This document shows, one piece after another, positions 1 through 9,332 of a DNA stretch of 64,000 nt. The position numbers were made by a program, and so were the translations under genes. The DNA comes from an uncultured Gemmatimonadaceae bacterium (GTDB taxonomy: Bacteria; Gemmatimonadota; Gemmatimonadetes; Gemmatimonadales; Gemmatimonadaceae): NCBI GenBank assembly GCA_963817955.1, contig CAWFQK010000005.1, positions 156,709 through 220,708 of the forward strand, read 5' to 3'. Position 1 is the first letter of the stretch, and the number at the start of each line of letters is the position of its first letter. A model generated the notes under the pieces. That model had not been told where the DNA came from, searched no databases, and worked only from the letters and a program-made list of their open reading frames with translations.

Positions 1-2
1 AC

Positions 3-851
3 CCGGACTTCGCCAAGAACGCAGGGGTGGCGAACAAGATCAGGAACGTCGCGGCGCTGCTCGATACGCTGAAGGCGCACAAGATCTTCGCTATCGCGCG
101 CATCGTCGTATTCAAGGATTCCGTCACCGCGCGCGTGCACCCCGAGTGGACCATCCGGCGCACCGACAACTCGGTGTGGCGGGACAAGAAAGGGCTCGCC
201 TGGGTGAATCCATATCATCGCGAGCTCTGGGAATACAACATCGGAGTAGCCGAGGAGTTGGTGAAGCTCGGATTCGGCGAGATCCAGTTCGACTACATTC
301 GCTTTCCCGAGCCGTACGCGAGCTTACCAGCGCAGGTGTTTCCCGGTGCGAACGGCATGTCGAAGCCGGACGCATTGGCGGCGTACCTCAAGGAAGCCAA
401 GACGCGGCTCAACAAGCTGAACGTACGCTCCACGGCCGATGTCTTCGGCCTGGTGACCACGGTGGGCGGTCCGCTCGAGGTGGGACAGTACTGGGAGAAG
501 ATCTCACCGGTGGTGGACGTCGTTCTGCCCATGGTGTACCCATCGCACTATCCGCATGGCGAGCTGGGTATCGCGAACCCGAACGCCGAGCCGTACAAGG
601 TCATCTTCACGTCGATCTCGCGCGCGCGGGAGCGGGATAAGAAACTTGGCATCACGGAACCTGAGCACATTCGGCCGTGGCTGCAGGCGTTCACGCTCGG
701 CAAGCCGGAGTACGGCGCGGAGCAGCTCGAGGCGGAGAAGAAGGCGGTGTACGACGCGGGGTACGATGGGTGGGTGATGTGGAACCCGGGGTCGATTTAC
801 GACGTGTACATGCCGGCGTTGGAGAAGACGTTGGTGACGCGGAAGCGGTAA
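3..851 (+). CDS. Putative glycoside hydrolase (DUF4015-like TIM barrel), 5'-truncated by the window edge
   Basis: Frame is open from the window start. Motifs IARIVVFKD, WVNPY, GFGEIQFDYIRFP, PMVYPSHY and IRPWLQAF are typical of this family. Confidence 0.8.
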   Translation, partial: PDFAKNAGVANKIRNVAALLDTLKAHKIFAIARIVVFKDSVTARVHPEWTIRRTDNSVWRDKKGLAWVNPYHRELWEYNIGVAEELVKLGFGEIQFDYIRFPEPYASLPAQVFPGANGMSKPDALAAYLKEAKTRLNKLNVRSTADVFGLVTTVGGPLEVGQYWEKISPVVDVVLPMVYPSHYPHGELGIANPNAEPYKVIFTSISRARERDKKLGITEPEHIRPWLQAFTLGKPEYGAEQLEAEKKAVYDAGYDGWVMWNPGSIYDVYMPALEKTLVTRKR

Positions 852-859
852 GGGCGCAC

Positions 860-910
860 GTTGTCGCCTGAGCGGAGCGTTGTCATCCTGAGCGGAGCGA
901 AGGATCTCCA
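860..910 (+). repeat. Dispersed TGTCATCCTGAGCG(G/A)AGCGAAGGATCT repeat, copy 1, preceded by a partial tandem duplicate
   Basis: 879-910 reads GTTGTCATCCTGAGCGGAGCGAAGGATCTCCA. Related copies lie at 14347-14374 (+) and 35174-35205 (-). Confidence 0.85.
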
Positions 911-954
911 TAGGCTGCAGCAGCAACGCCCACCCACCCCCATCAGAGGCGCAC

Positions 955-1341
955 ATGAAGCGAGTCACTGGCATCGGCGGCATCTTCTTCAAGGCGAAGG
1001 ATGCACCGGCGATGCAGGCTTGGTACAAGCGCCATCTCGGCATCGATGTCCAGGAGTGGGGCGGTACCGCGTTCACCTGGACCGACTCAGATGGCAAGCC
1101 CACGGGCGGAACGACCGTCTGGTCGGTTGCTCCGGAGGAGAGCAAGCAGTTTGCTCCCAGCACGGCCTCGTTCATGGTCAACTACCGCGTTGAGGACCTT
1201 TACGCTTTGGTCACGGCGCTCAGAGCGGAGGGCTGCAACGTCCTCGACAAGATCGATGACTCGGAGTACGGCAAGTTTGCCTGGGTCATCGATCCGGAGG
1301 GAAACAAGGTTGAGTTGTGGCAGCCGCCGGCTGGTCAATAA
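955..1341 (+). CDS. VOC/glyoxalase family protein
   Basis: MKRVTGIGGIFFK...MVNYRVEDL...YGKFAWVIDPEGNKVELWQP. Confidence 0.92.
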   Translation: MKRVTGIGGIFFKAKDAPAMQAWYKRHLGIDVQEWGGTAFTWTDSDGKPTGGTTVWSVAPEESKQFAPSTASFMVNYRVEDLYALVTALRAEGCNVLDKIDDSEYGKFAWVIDPEGNKVELWQPPAGQ

Positions 1342-1342
1342 G

Positions 1343-1473
1343 GGGACACGGGACACGGGCGGGGACACTCACAACGCACAACTCACAACTGGAAACTCGA
1401 ACCTCGCCGACCGGTGGGCCGACCGCTACGGAGCCGCCAGCGACATCCAGCCGCTCAAGACCCGGAGTCCAAT
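1343..1473 (+). repeat. GGGACAC heptamers plus 107-bp dispersed element, copy 1 (1367-1473)
   Basis: The reverse complement of 53377-53483 matches 1367-1473 with 4 mismatches (aligned by eye). Confidence 0.9.
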
Positions 1474-1476
1474 TGC

Positions 1477-3129
1477 TCACTCCAGCTGCCCGCCTCGCTC
1501 GCGGTACCATGCCGCCGTCTCCCGTGCATCACATACGACAGCGTCCGGGAATCCCCCCAGGGCAAGGATCGCGATCGCGTTCGTGCTGACGGACGTACCC
1601 TCGTGGAGAAGATATTCAAAGGAGAGTTGGCCATTCCGCACCTCCTCCCGGAAGTGGAATGGCAGGTACTGCGGCAGCAGCTTCACAAGATCCATGTCAT
1701 GAGTGGCGACGATGACCAGATCTCCCTCGCGGTCGAGGTGGGCGAGCACCGCCTTCGCCGCGGCAACACGCTCGATGGAATTCGTCCCCCGAAACAGCTC
1801 GTCGATCAGGATCAAGCGTGAGTCAGCGCCCGTCGAGGTGAGGAGCGACGCGACCGCATTGACCTCCGCGCGGTAATAGCTCGTCCCTTCGATCAGGCTG
1901 TCCACGCGGCCAATCAACGTCAGCACTGCGAGGACCGGTGCCTCCCAGCTGTCCGCGAAGACGGTGTGGAGAGACTGGGCGAGAATGGCGTTGACGCCAA
2001 CGCTACGGAGAAACGTGGACTTGCCCGACATGTTGGAGCCGGTGACGAGCATGCTGCGCCCCTCGATGTCCAACGTGCTGCCGACCGGATTGGAGAGCAG
2101 GGGATGAGAAAGCCCTGAGAATGCGAGCCGCCGTGCACCGTTGGGGCAGAACGTCGGCCTGCACCAGCGCGCCTCCTCCAGGCGTAGCGTCGCCACGGAT
2201 TGTAGCACGTCGAGCTCACCGATCGCTTCGTACGCTTCCCGAATCGTATGCTGCCCTGCGCGAATGGACGTGGCGCTCAATGCGTACGAGGAGACGTCGA
2301 TCAGAAACAGTAGGTTCAGATACTCGTATAACATTCCGCCTAGCGTGTGTCTGTCCGGCTCGAACGCGAGCCAGGTGGCACCGCGTCCAATCCACTGCAG
2401 CCGCGGGACTGCACGCCGAAGCGTCTCGGTGCGAGAATTGAGCTCGGGCGCGCCCAGCGAGCCAAGGGCTCGGCACGCCTTCAGCAGCGTCGGAAGCATC
2501 CGCATCGCCGGCAGTGCAAATTCGATCGGCGGACGCACGGCCGCCCGGACGTAGGCGTTGACGAGCATCATGGCGACCACAGCCAGGATCGCCTGTGGGA
2601 ACCAGAACATGGCGGCGAAACTGCCAAGCCCGAACACACTGAGAAGTGGATAGACCGCTGGCCAGCGCAGGGGAATGGCGTCCATTCCCTGAAACAGCCG
2701 GCGCAGCGCACTGGCGCCTTCATCGGCCAGTGGCGACAGCCTCGATCGTATCGACCGCCTCAGCTCGTGCTCGCCAATCAGCCGATTAACGCAGATCTCG
2801 AAGTGCTCCAGAGACGCGATCGTGTGGTCGGATCGCCTGAGTCGGGCGTACAGCAGATGCTGGCCCGGCCAGCTCGCCGTGCGATCGAGGCGTTGATAGA
2901 CCGCATCCATGTCGAGATCGATCCACGCACTCTCGGGATGCGCGGCGGGTGGCGGACTGATCGAGGTGAAGTAAAGCGCGACGTCCGCCATGTCATGCAC
3001 GCGGTCGACGTCATGCTCTTTTCGTCGGCGGAGCGCCAGCGTCATCCCGATGGCCCGGATTCCGAAGGACACGACGATGAACAGAAACAGGGCGCCGACG
3101 AGAAGGGGCGCGGAGCCGAGGTGCGTCAT
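1477..3129 (-). CDS. Membrane-anchored MutS-related ATPase (MutS domain V, no mismatch-recognition domain)
   Basis: LVTGSNMSGKSTFLR Walker A, SYYRAEV, LIDELFRGTNS and ATHD motifs. It has N-terminal and internal hydrophobic helices. Confidence 0.88.
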   Translation of the reverse strand: MTHLGSAPLLVGALFLFIVVSFGIRAIGMTLALRRRKEHDVDRVHDMADVALYFTSISPPPAAHPESAWIDLDMDAVYQRLDRTASWPGQHLLYARLRRSDHTIASLEHFEICVNRLIGEHELRRSIRSRLSPLADEGASALRRLFQGMDAIPLRWPAVYPLLSVFGLGSFAAMFWFPQAILAVVAMMLVNAYVRAAVRPPIEFALPAMRMLPTLLKACRALGSLGAPELNSRTETLRRAVPRLQWIGRGATWLAFEPDRHTLGGMLYEYLNLLFLIDVSSYALSATSIRAGQHTIREAYEAIGELDVLQSVATLRLEEARWCRPTFCPNGARRLAFSGLSHPLLSNPVGSTLDIEGRSMLVTGSNMSGKSTFLRSVGVNAILAQSLHTVFADSWEAPVLAVLTLIGRVDSLIEGTSYYRAEVNAVASLLTSTGADSRLILIDELFRGTNSIERVAAAKAVLAHLDREGDLVIVATHDMDLVKLLPQYLPFHFREEVRNGQLSFEYLLHEGTSVSTNAIAILALGGFPDAVVCDARETAAWYRERGGQLE

Positions 3130-3181
3130 GCTTGCCAGAGCCGCGCGGCCGTACCCCTGCGCACCTCGACCGCCTTCCGCA

Positions 3182-4435
3182 CTACCGCTGTACCCTCCGC
3201 ACCCCGTCGATCAACCGCTCGACTTCATCCTCGCTCGTGTAACAACTGCACCCCACTCTGAGCAATCCATCCGGCACGAGCCCCAGCCGCTGGACGACAG
3301 TGCTGGCGTAGAAATCTCCGTTCGACACGAACACCCCGCGTTGGGCCAGCGCGACCGCGATGTCGTCGGTCTTGTAGCCGCGGAGGGTGAATGACAGCGT
3401 GGGGGTGCGCGGCGCATCTGGCTTGGGGCCGTACAGCGTCAGGCCGTCTATTTCGCTCAGTCCTGCCCACAGCCGCGTGAATAGCGCCATGCTGCGGTCG
3501 TGCAGTGTCGTGTACGTGGTGCGCAACGCCGCTCGGCGCGTGGCGGTGGGCTGATTGGACAGCGAGGCGAGGAATTCCACCGCGGCTGCTGCGCCGACGA
3601 TGCCTTCGTGATTCTGCGTGCCGGTCTCGAGTCGCTCCGGCGATTCCTGCGGCGCCGGCTCGAGTCGTGGCGCGTCGAGGGCTTCGATCAGATCGCGCTT
3701 GCCCCACAATATTCCAATATGTGGACCATAAAACTTGTACGCCGAACACGCCAGGAAGTCGGCGCCGAGTGCCTGCACGTCGATGAGGGCGTGCGGCGCG
3801 TAGTGGACGGCGTCGACGAACACCCGCGCACCCACCGCGTGCGCCAGCGCAGCGGCACGCGCGACGTCGCTGATCGTGCCGAGTGCATTCGAAGCGGCAC
3901 CGATCGCCAGCACCTTGGTGCGCGGCGTGATCGCCGCTTCCAGATCGGTCCAATCGTGCACGCCGTCCCGCGTCAGCATCTTCACCATGCGGACGGTGAC
4001 GCCGCGCTCCTGCTCGATTGCTCTCCACGGCGCAACGTTGCCGTGGTGATCGAGCTCGGTGATCACGATCTCGTCTCCCGGTCCGAGCTCGCGACCGATG
4101 GCGCGCGCCAGATGGAAGGTGAGCGTCGTCATGTTCTGCCCGAACGCAATCTCCTCCGGGCGGCCGTTCACGAAATCCGCGAGCGTGGCACGTGCGCTGG
4201 CGAGCAGCGCATCGGTCTCCTCGCTCGTGGGATACTTCCAATGGGTGTTGGCGTTGTGATGATAGAGATAGTCCGTCATCGCTTCGGCCACACGTCGCGG
4301 CACCTGCGTGCCGCCCGGTCCGTCGAAGTACGCCACGGGATATCCAGCATACAGGCGCGTCAACGCCGGGAACTGATCGCGAATGTCCTGCACCGTGGCC
4401 ACGCCGGTGGCGGCCGGATCGATGGTCGTCGTCAT
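3182..4435 (-). CDS. Cysteine desulfurase-like class V aminotransferase
   Basis: YFDGPGGTQVP, ELDHHGN, VDAVHYAPH, CSAYKFYGPH (PLP lysine) and ETGT motifs. ATGA overlap with the upstream gene. Confidence 0.92.
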   Translation of the reverse strand: MTTTIDPAATGVATVQDIRDQFPALTRLYAGYPVAYFDGPGGTQVPRRVAEAMTDYLYHHNANTHWKYPTSEETDALLASARATLADFVNGRPEEIAFGQNMTTLTFHLARAIGRELGPGDEIVITELDHHGNVAPWRAIEQERGVTVRMVKMLTRDGVHDWTDLEAAITPRTKVLAIGAASNALGTISDVARAAALAHAVGARVFVDAVHYAPHALIDVQALGADFLACSAYKFYGPHIGILWGKRDLIEALDAPRLEPAPQESPERLETGTQNHEGIVGAAAAVEFLASLSNQPTATRRAALRTTYTTLHDRSMALFTRLWAGLSEIDGLTLYGPKPDAPRTPTLSFTLRGYKTDDIAVALAQRGVFVSNGDFYASTVVQRLGLVPDGLLRVGCSCYTSEDEVERLIDGVRRVQR

Positions 4436-5319
4436 GCGATTTCCACTCCTGCCCATTGTTCAATCATCTTCACGGCTTCGACGTGGTCCGCCACTTCACC
4501 GAGCTCGCCGCGTGCGATGCGGAACAGGTCGGCCGCGAGTTGCATCATGGGTGCGGGCACGCGATTCTCCCGCGCCACGTCGGCGGCAATACCGATGTCC
4601 TTCTCCAGTAGCGCGAGCCTGAAGGTGCGCGGGAAGGCACGCGTGAGGACGCGTTCCGGAAAGAGATTCATCGACGTGTTCGATCGGCCGCTCGACGAGT
4701 TGATGACGTCGAGCGCCAACGCCGGGCTTACGCCGGCCTTGACGAGCGTCGCCATCCCCTCTGCCGTTGTGAGAATATGAACAGCAAGGAAAGCGTTGTT
4801 CACCGCCTTGACGGCGTCGCCCGCACCGATGTCGCCGCAGTGCACGATCTTCTGCGCGAAGGTCACGAGCACGGGTCGCACGCGATCGAGCACCGCGGCA
4901 TCCCCACCGACCATGACGGTGAGCGCGCCCTTCTCCGCCCCAACCACGCCACCGCTCACCGGCGCATCGATGTAGTCCACCCCGTGCGCGGCCAACGTCG
5001 CGTGAATCGCGCGGGAGGTGGCCGGGTCGCCCGACGTGCAGTCGACGAGCGTGCTGCCCGGTTTCATGGTGGCGAGCAGACCGTCGGGTCCGTCGAGTAA
5101 ACTCTGCACGTCTCTGGAGACAGGCAGACAGGTGATGACGACATCGGCGTCGCGCGCCGCGTCGGCGGGAGTGACTGCCTGTTTGGCGCCGCTGTCACGG
5201 GCGAAGTCGGCGGCCCGGCTTGCGGTGCGGTTCCAGACGACGAGCGGAAGGCCGGCGGCGGCAATGCGCGTCGCCATTGGGCGCCCGATGGCGCCGAGTC
5301 CGAGGAAGGCGATATTCAT
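4432..5319 (-). CDS. NAD(P)-dependent oxidoreductase, 3-hydroxyisobutyrate dehydrogenase family
   Basis: FLGLGAIG Rossmann motif, DAPVSGG, GAGDAVKAVNN. Confidence 0.92.
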   Translation of the reverse strand: MNIAFLGLGAIGRPMATRIAAAGLPLVVWNRTASRAADFARDSGAKQAVTPADAARDADVVITCLPVSRDVQSLLDGPDGLLATMKPGSTLVDCTSGDPATSRAIHATLAAHGVDYIDAPVSGGVVGAEKGALTVMVGGDAAVLDRVRPVLVTFAQKIVHCGDIGAGDAVKAVNNAFLAVHILTTAEGMATLVKAGVSPALALDVINSSSGRSNTSMNLFPERVLTRAFPRTFRLALLEKDIGIAADVARENRVPAPMMQLAADLFRIARGELGEVADHVEAVKMIEQWAGVEIA

Positions 5320-5353
5320 GCGACACAAGCTACCGCGTCGCTAACTTTCGCGC

Positions 5354-5584
5354 ATGATTACTCGAGTCAAAATCCAGGGCATGAGCTGCCAGCACTGCGT
5401 CCGCGCCGTCTTCACCGCGCTGACGGCGGTGGCCGGCATCACGCGGGCCGACGTCACCGTCGGCGCGGCATCGGTGGAGCACGATGGGCAAGTCACGTTG
5501 GCGCAGCTGAAGGATGCCATCGAGGTGGCGGGCTTCAGCGTCGTCGAAGAGGACACGAACCGGCGAGAGCTGCCGATCGCGTAG
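5354..5584 (+). CDS. Heavy-metal-associated (CopZ-like) chaperone
   Basis: GMSCQHC motif in a 76-aa HMA-sized protein. Confidence 0.9.
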   Translation: MITRVKIQGMSCQHCVRAVFTALTAVAGITRADVTVGAASVEHDGQVTLAQLKDAIEVAGFSVVEEDTNRRELPIA

Positions 5585-5595
5585 TAAGCGTTCGG

Positions 5596-5621
5596 AGCCT
5601 GGGCGGCGACTAGCCCAGGCT
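5596..5621. terminator. Hairpin between convergent genes
   Basis: AGCCTGGGC-8 nt-GCCCAGGCT perfect 9-bp stem. No clear U tract. Confidence 0.45.
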
Positions 5622-5631
5622 GGCAATCACG

Positions 5632-6312
5632 CTACTTCGGCGCCATCAGCTTGGCAAAGCAGATCCCGACTTTGAGCGGCGGCAGCGAGGCGTCCTCGCG
5701 CCGCAGATCGGCGTGGGCGGAATCCTCCATCGGCATCAGCTCGACCTTCCCGGCCGCGTTCACCCGGAACTGCGTGCCGTAGATCTGCTTCCGGTTCGAC
5801 GCGAGTCGCATGTGATCCTCGAGCACCGCGACATCCGCGGCCGGCGACTCCGCGGGGCCCGCCTCCATCATGCGGTGTAGCGTCGCGCGACCGAGTGCGG
5901 TATCGCGCAGCGCGAGGAGATACACCGCGTGGACGCCGGCTGGCCCGACGACGCTTCGCGTCGGCCATGCTGAGCCGCGCTGCGCCGCGAGCGCGAGGAG
6001 CGCGGACGACACCGAATCGGCGCCCGGTCCGGCGTCGCCAGCGCGATGGTCGAACAGTATACCGAGCTGCGGCGGCACTCCGAGCTCGCCGGCCGCGGCG
6101 CGCAACAGCGACGCGCGCATGGCGTCGTCAGACCAATCGTGCTTCGACTCGGCGAACCATTCGTTCTGCTTTGCTGGCCAGGGCGCCGTGGCGGTGACGT
6201 GGCAGGCGGCCATGAGCTGCTTTGTCGTCTTGGACGGCGACTTGGTTTGCGCGCCGAGCGGAAGGGCCAGCACGAGCGCGGCAACGGCGGCCAACGAACG
6301 GTGTGCGCTCAT
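5632..6312 (-). CDS. Secreted DUF6624-like protein
   Basis: Signal peptide MSAHRSLAAVAALVLALPLGAQ, WPTRSVVG, LEDHMR...KQIYGTQF...DLRR motifs. ATGA-coupled to the upstream gene. Confidence 0.75.
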   Translation of the reverse strand: MSAHRSLAAVAALVLALPLGAQTKSPSKTTKQLMAACHVTATAPWPAKQNEWFAESKHDWSDDAMRASLLRAAAGELGVPPQLGILFDHRAGDAGPGADSVSSALLALAAQRGSAWPTRSVVGPAGVHAVYLLALRDTALGRATLHRMMEAGPAESPAADVAVLEDHMRLASNRKQIYGTQFRVNAAGKVELMPMEDSAHADLRREDASLPPLKVGICFAKLMAPK

Positions 6313-7050
6313 TTGGCCGCCGGCGTCACGGTGAAGTCGTCGAACTCGATCATGCTGTCGGTCTTCGACCACACGCCGATCTTGCCGGATACCGCCTCGG
6401 GCAGCGTGTATTCGAGCAGCAGCTTGCCGTCGAGATAGCTCTGCAGCGCGGTGCCGTGCACGCTGATCTTGATCGTGTGCCACGTGCCGAGCTCCAGCGG
6501 CACGAGCTCCGTTCCGCGCTTCACGAACTTTCGCACGCCGTTGTTGAACGTCCACAGCACGAGGTTGTCCTCGGTGCCGTTGTACCGCACGGTGAAGTAG
6601 TCGCCGTTCGGCTTCACGTTGAACAGGATGCCGGCGCAGCGGTCGAGCGTGCCGCCTACCATCTGAAAGCGCACGGTGATGTCGCCGCCGGTGAAGTTGT
6701 CGAGACCCTTGTACACGGCGATCGGATAGTACGCAAACGCCTTGATGCTCTCTATGAACTCCTCGTTGCGCGCGCCGTACAACTCGCGCGCCTTGTCGGC
6801 GAGCCCGCCCGCCGGCTGGCCGCGCTTCCACACGCGGCCATCGATGAACAACACGTTGCGGCGCGCTTCGCGCGAGATCACCCAGCTCCCCACCATTGGC
6901 GCGAAGGTCTTTGGCTCACGGCCGGCAGTCTCGCCGGCAAAGCTCACGCGCGTCGTCGCGGCCGGCCGCGGCCTTCGCCTGCGCGCCGGCCGGAACCGCC
7001 GCCGCCAGGAGAGCAATGCTCACGATGTTCCTCACGACCGACATTCTCAT
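6309..7050 (-). pseudogene. Secreted ConA-like/DUF1080-like beta-sandwich protein with a frameshift near 6960
   Basis: The signal peptide MRMSVVRNIVSIALLAAAVPAGAQAK is in one frame (ATG 7050 overlaps the upstream TGA). The body TTRVSFAGE...GKIGVWSKTDSMIEFDDF is in another frame. Confidence 0.7.
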
Positions 7051-8423
7051 TCTCTCAACCTTGCGGATTGCACGCGCGTGATGCGCGGACGGTGGATGAT
7101 CCACCACGCGCCGATGACGATCAACGGCCAAATGACGAAGAACACCCACGGCGCGGCGGCGGCGCGCGCCGTGAGCGGATACCCCGAATACGCCGGCTCG
7201 TTCACCGGCGTTGGCGCCTGGCGGCCGGCGAGATCGTAGATGGTCTCGAGCACGATTTCAGGCGTCGCCGAGCGGTTCATTGCGCGCTTGCCCCCAAGCT
7301 CGTACCAGATCTCGCCGTAATGGCTGCTCGGCTTCTCGAACAATCCGCTCCGGCTCGTCGATGCGTACGTCACGGTCACGCTGCGCATCGTACGCCGCAG
7401 CTTCGCCAGCACGTCGCGATCGAGATCGACGAGCCGCGGATCCTCGGCGGCGAGATACACCGTGACGTTTAGCGGCTGCCGAATCTCGCGTAGCGCGGCC
7501 TCGTCGGCGCGCGCGAACGAGTTGCGCCGGTCCTCGCTCACGTCACGGCTGGCGCGAATGTGCCCGAACGCCACGCACGCGGCCGTCGCCGTGGCAACGA
7601 CGACCAGCGCGTCGCGTACGCGGCGGCGCGTCGTCCGGCCCTCCTGCAGCCACACCGCGGCGAGCGCGAGGCCGGCGCCGCCGAGCGCGAGGAGCACGAG
7701 GACGGTGGCGACGCGAAGCTCGCCGTGCTCGAACACCCGAAGCGCCGCCGACGGCGTGTACGCGGCGACGGCTTCGATCACGCCGCCGCGCGCCGCGGCC
7801 ACGTAGTCGAGCGCCCAGGTGCCGAGGGTGACGGTGAGCGCGATGATCGCGGCACTGGCCGCGCTCGCCGCGAGCGCGCCCGCCGCCGAGCCAACGCCGA
7901 TCGTGAGGACGCCGCGCAGGAGATGGCCGAGCAGCACCGTCGCCGTCTCCGGCGCGTAGAGATGTCCACCCATGCCGCGCCAAACCCACAGCGCGATCGC
8001 GCCCACCACGCCGGCGGCCATCCAGCCGACGAGCAGCGCGATCGCTTTGGCGACGATCACGAGCGTGAACGACACCGGCTGTTGGAGCGTGAGCATGAGC
8101 GCACCCGTCTGCTTCTCGACAGCGACCAGCCGAATGACGACGAACGGAAAGAGCAGCGTCGCAGCCAAGTCGTACGCGCCGAACGTCGGTACCACTATTC
8201 CCTCGAGCGGCCGGAGCCCTGCCGACAGCGCGGCCGGACCGCCGCCCGCGCCGCTCGCCTCCGCGTAGATCGCGGTGGATGTCATGAACGCGTGCCCCAC
8301 GAGCGCGCCGATGACGAGCAGCAGCAGCCAGTACGATCGCGAGGCCGCGAGCTCGCGCAGCTCCTTGGCGAGCAGCCAGCGGAACGGCGAGCGCGCGGCG
8401 GCGCGCGTGTCAGGTGAGCGCAA
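7047..8423 (-). CDS. ABC-2 permease fused to a GldG-like periplasmic domain
   Basis: LLAKELREL, multiple TM helices, EKQTGAL, then DVSEDRRNSF...LREIRQPLNVTVYL. TTG start follows GAGGAGG. Confidence 0.8.
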   Translation of the reverse strand: MRSPDTRAAARSPFRWLLAKELRELAASRSYWLLLLVIGALVGHAFMTSTAIYAEASGAGGGPAALSAGLRPLEGIVVPTFGAYDLAATLLFPFVVIRLVAVEKQTGALMLTLQQPVSFTLVIVAKAIALLVGWMAAGVVGAIALWVWRGMGGHLYAPETATVLLGHLLRGVLTIGVGSAAGALAASAASAAIIALTVTLGTWALDYVAAARGGVIEAVAAYTPSAALRVFEHGELRVATVLVLLALGGAGLALAAVWLQEGRTTRRRVRDALVVVATATAACVAFGHIRASRDVSEDRRNSFARADEAALREIRQPLNVTVYLAAEDPRLVDLDRDVLAKLRRTMRSVTVTYASTSRSGLFEKPSSHYGEIWYELGGKRAMNRSATPEIVLETIYDLAGRQAPTPVNEPAYSGYPLTARAAAAPWVFFVIWPLIVIGAWWIIHRPRITRVQSARLRE

Positions 8424-9162
8424 GGAATACCTCCTCGAGCCCGCCACCAACGCCGGCCTTGGCGCGCAACTCATCGAGCGTTCCCTCACCGACGATTCGG
8501 CCGCCGCTGAGCAGCACGAGCCGATCGCAGATGCGCGCGGCGTCGCCCAGTTGATGGATCGACAGAAACAGCGTGCGTCCGCTCGCGGCATGCGCGCGAA
8601 GCACCGCCATCACGTCACGTGTCTGCCGCAGGTCGAGGCCGTCGAACGGCTCGTCGAGCATGAGCAGCGGCTGCGGCGTCATCAATCCAATGGCAAGCAG
8701 CACGCGGCGATGCTCGCCCTTGGACAGATTGCCCATCTGAGCGCCGAGCAGCGGGTCGAGGTCCAGGGCGCGCACCACGTCGTTCTGGGTAGCCTGGTCT
8801 GCGCCGTGAACGCCGGCGATGAAGCGCAGCACCCACCACACCGGCTGCTGCGGCCAGGGCCGGATCCCGTCCGGCACGAAGTAGAGCGCGTGCTTGCGAT
8901 CGGCGAGTGTGAGCGGAGAGCCGGCGGCAAGGACGTCCCCAGCCGTCGCGGGCGTCATGCCGGCGATGCAGCGGAACAGCGTGGTCTTGCCGGAGCCATT
9001 GGGGCCGATCAGGCCGAGAATCTCTCCGGGCCGCACGGACAGGCTGGCGTCGCGCAACGCCCAGTACGCGCCGTAACGCTTCGCCAATCGATGGATTTGC
9101 AGCTCAGCGGGCCGGGCGGCCGAGAAGGGATTCGTCGCAAGCGCGGCGTCAGGAAGAGTCAT
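8410..9162 (-). CDS. ABC transporter ATP-binding protein
   Basis: GPNGSGKT, LSKGE, LMLDEPFDGLD, SIH. Confidence 0.92.
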   Translation of the reverse strand: MTLPDAALATNPFSAARPAELQIHRLAKRYGAYWALRDASLSVRPGEILGLIGPNGSGKTTLFRCIAGMTPATAGDVLAAGSPLTLADRKHALYFVPDGIRPWPQQPVWWVLRFIAGVHGADQATQNDVVRALDLDPLLGAQMGNLSKGEHRRVLLAIGLMTPQPLLMLDEPFDGLDLRQTRDVMAVLRAHAASGRTLFLSIHQLGDAARICDRLVLLSGGRIVGEGTLDELRAKAGVGGGLEEVFLALT

Positions 9163-9332
9163 CGATACGTATTCTCGCCTCGTGATCGGCCCGCGGCAAC
9201 CGTCGGTCGTTGCGATTCTTTCGCCTGGCATGCGGACGTCAACGCGGCGCTCGCGCCGGACGTAGACATGTAGCGGCGGCTGCCAACTCACGCCCAGTCA
9301 ACCGCGCCCGAATCTCTCGCCTCAAGTCCACC

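Noticed and set aside
9163..9332. Cobalamin or other riboswitch before the TonB receptor
   Set aside because: No recognisable conserved riboswitch core is visible.
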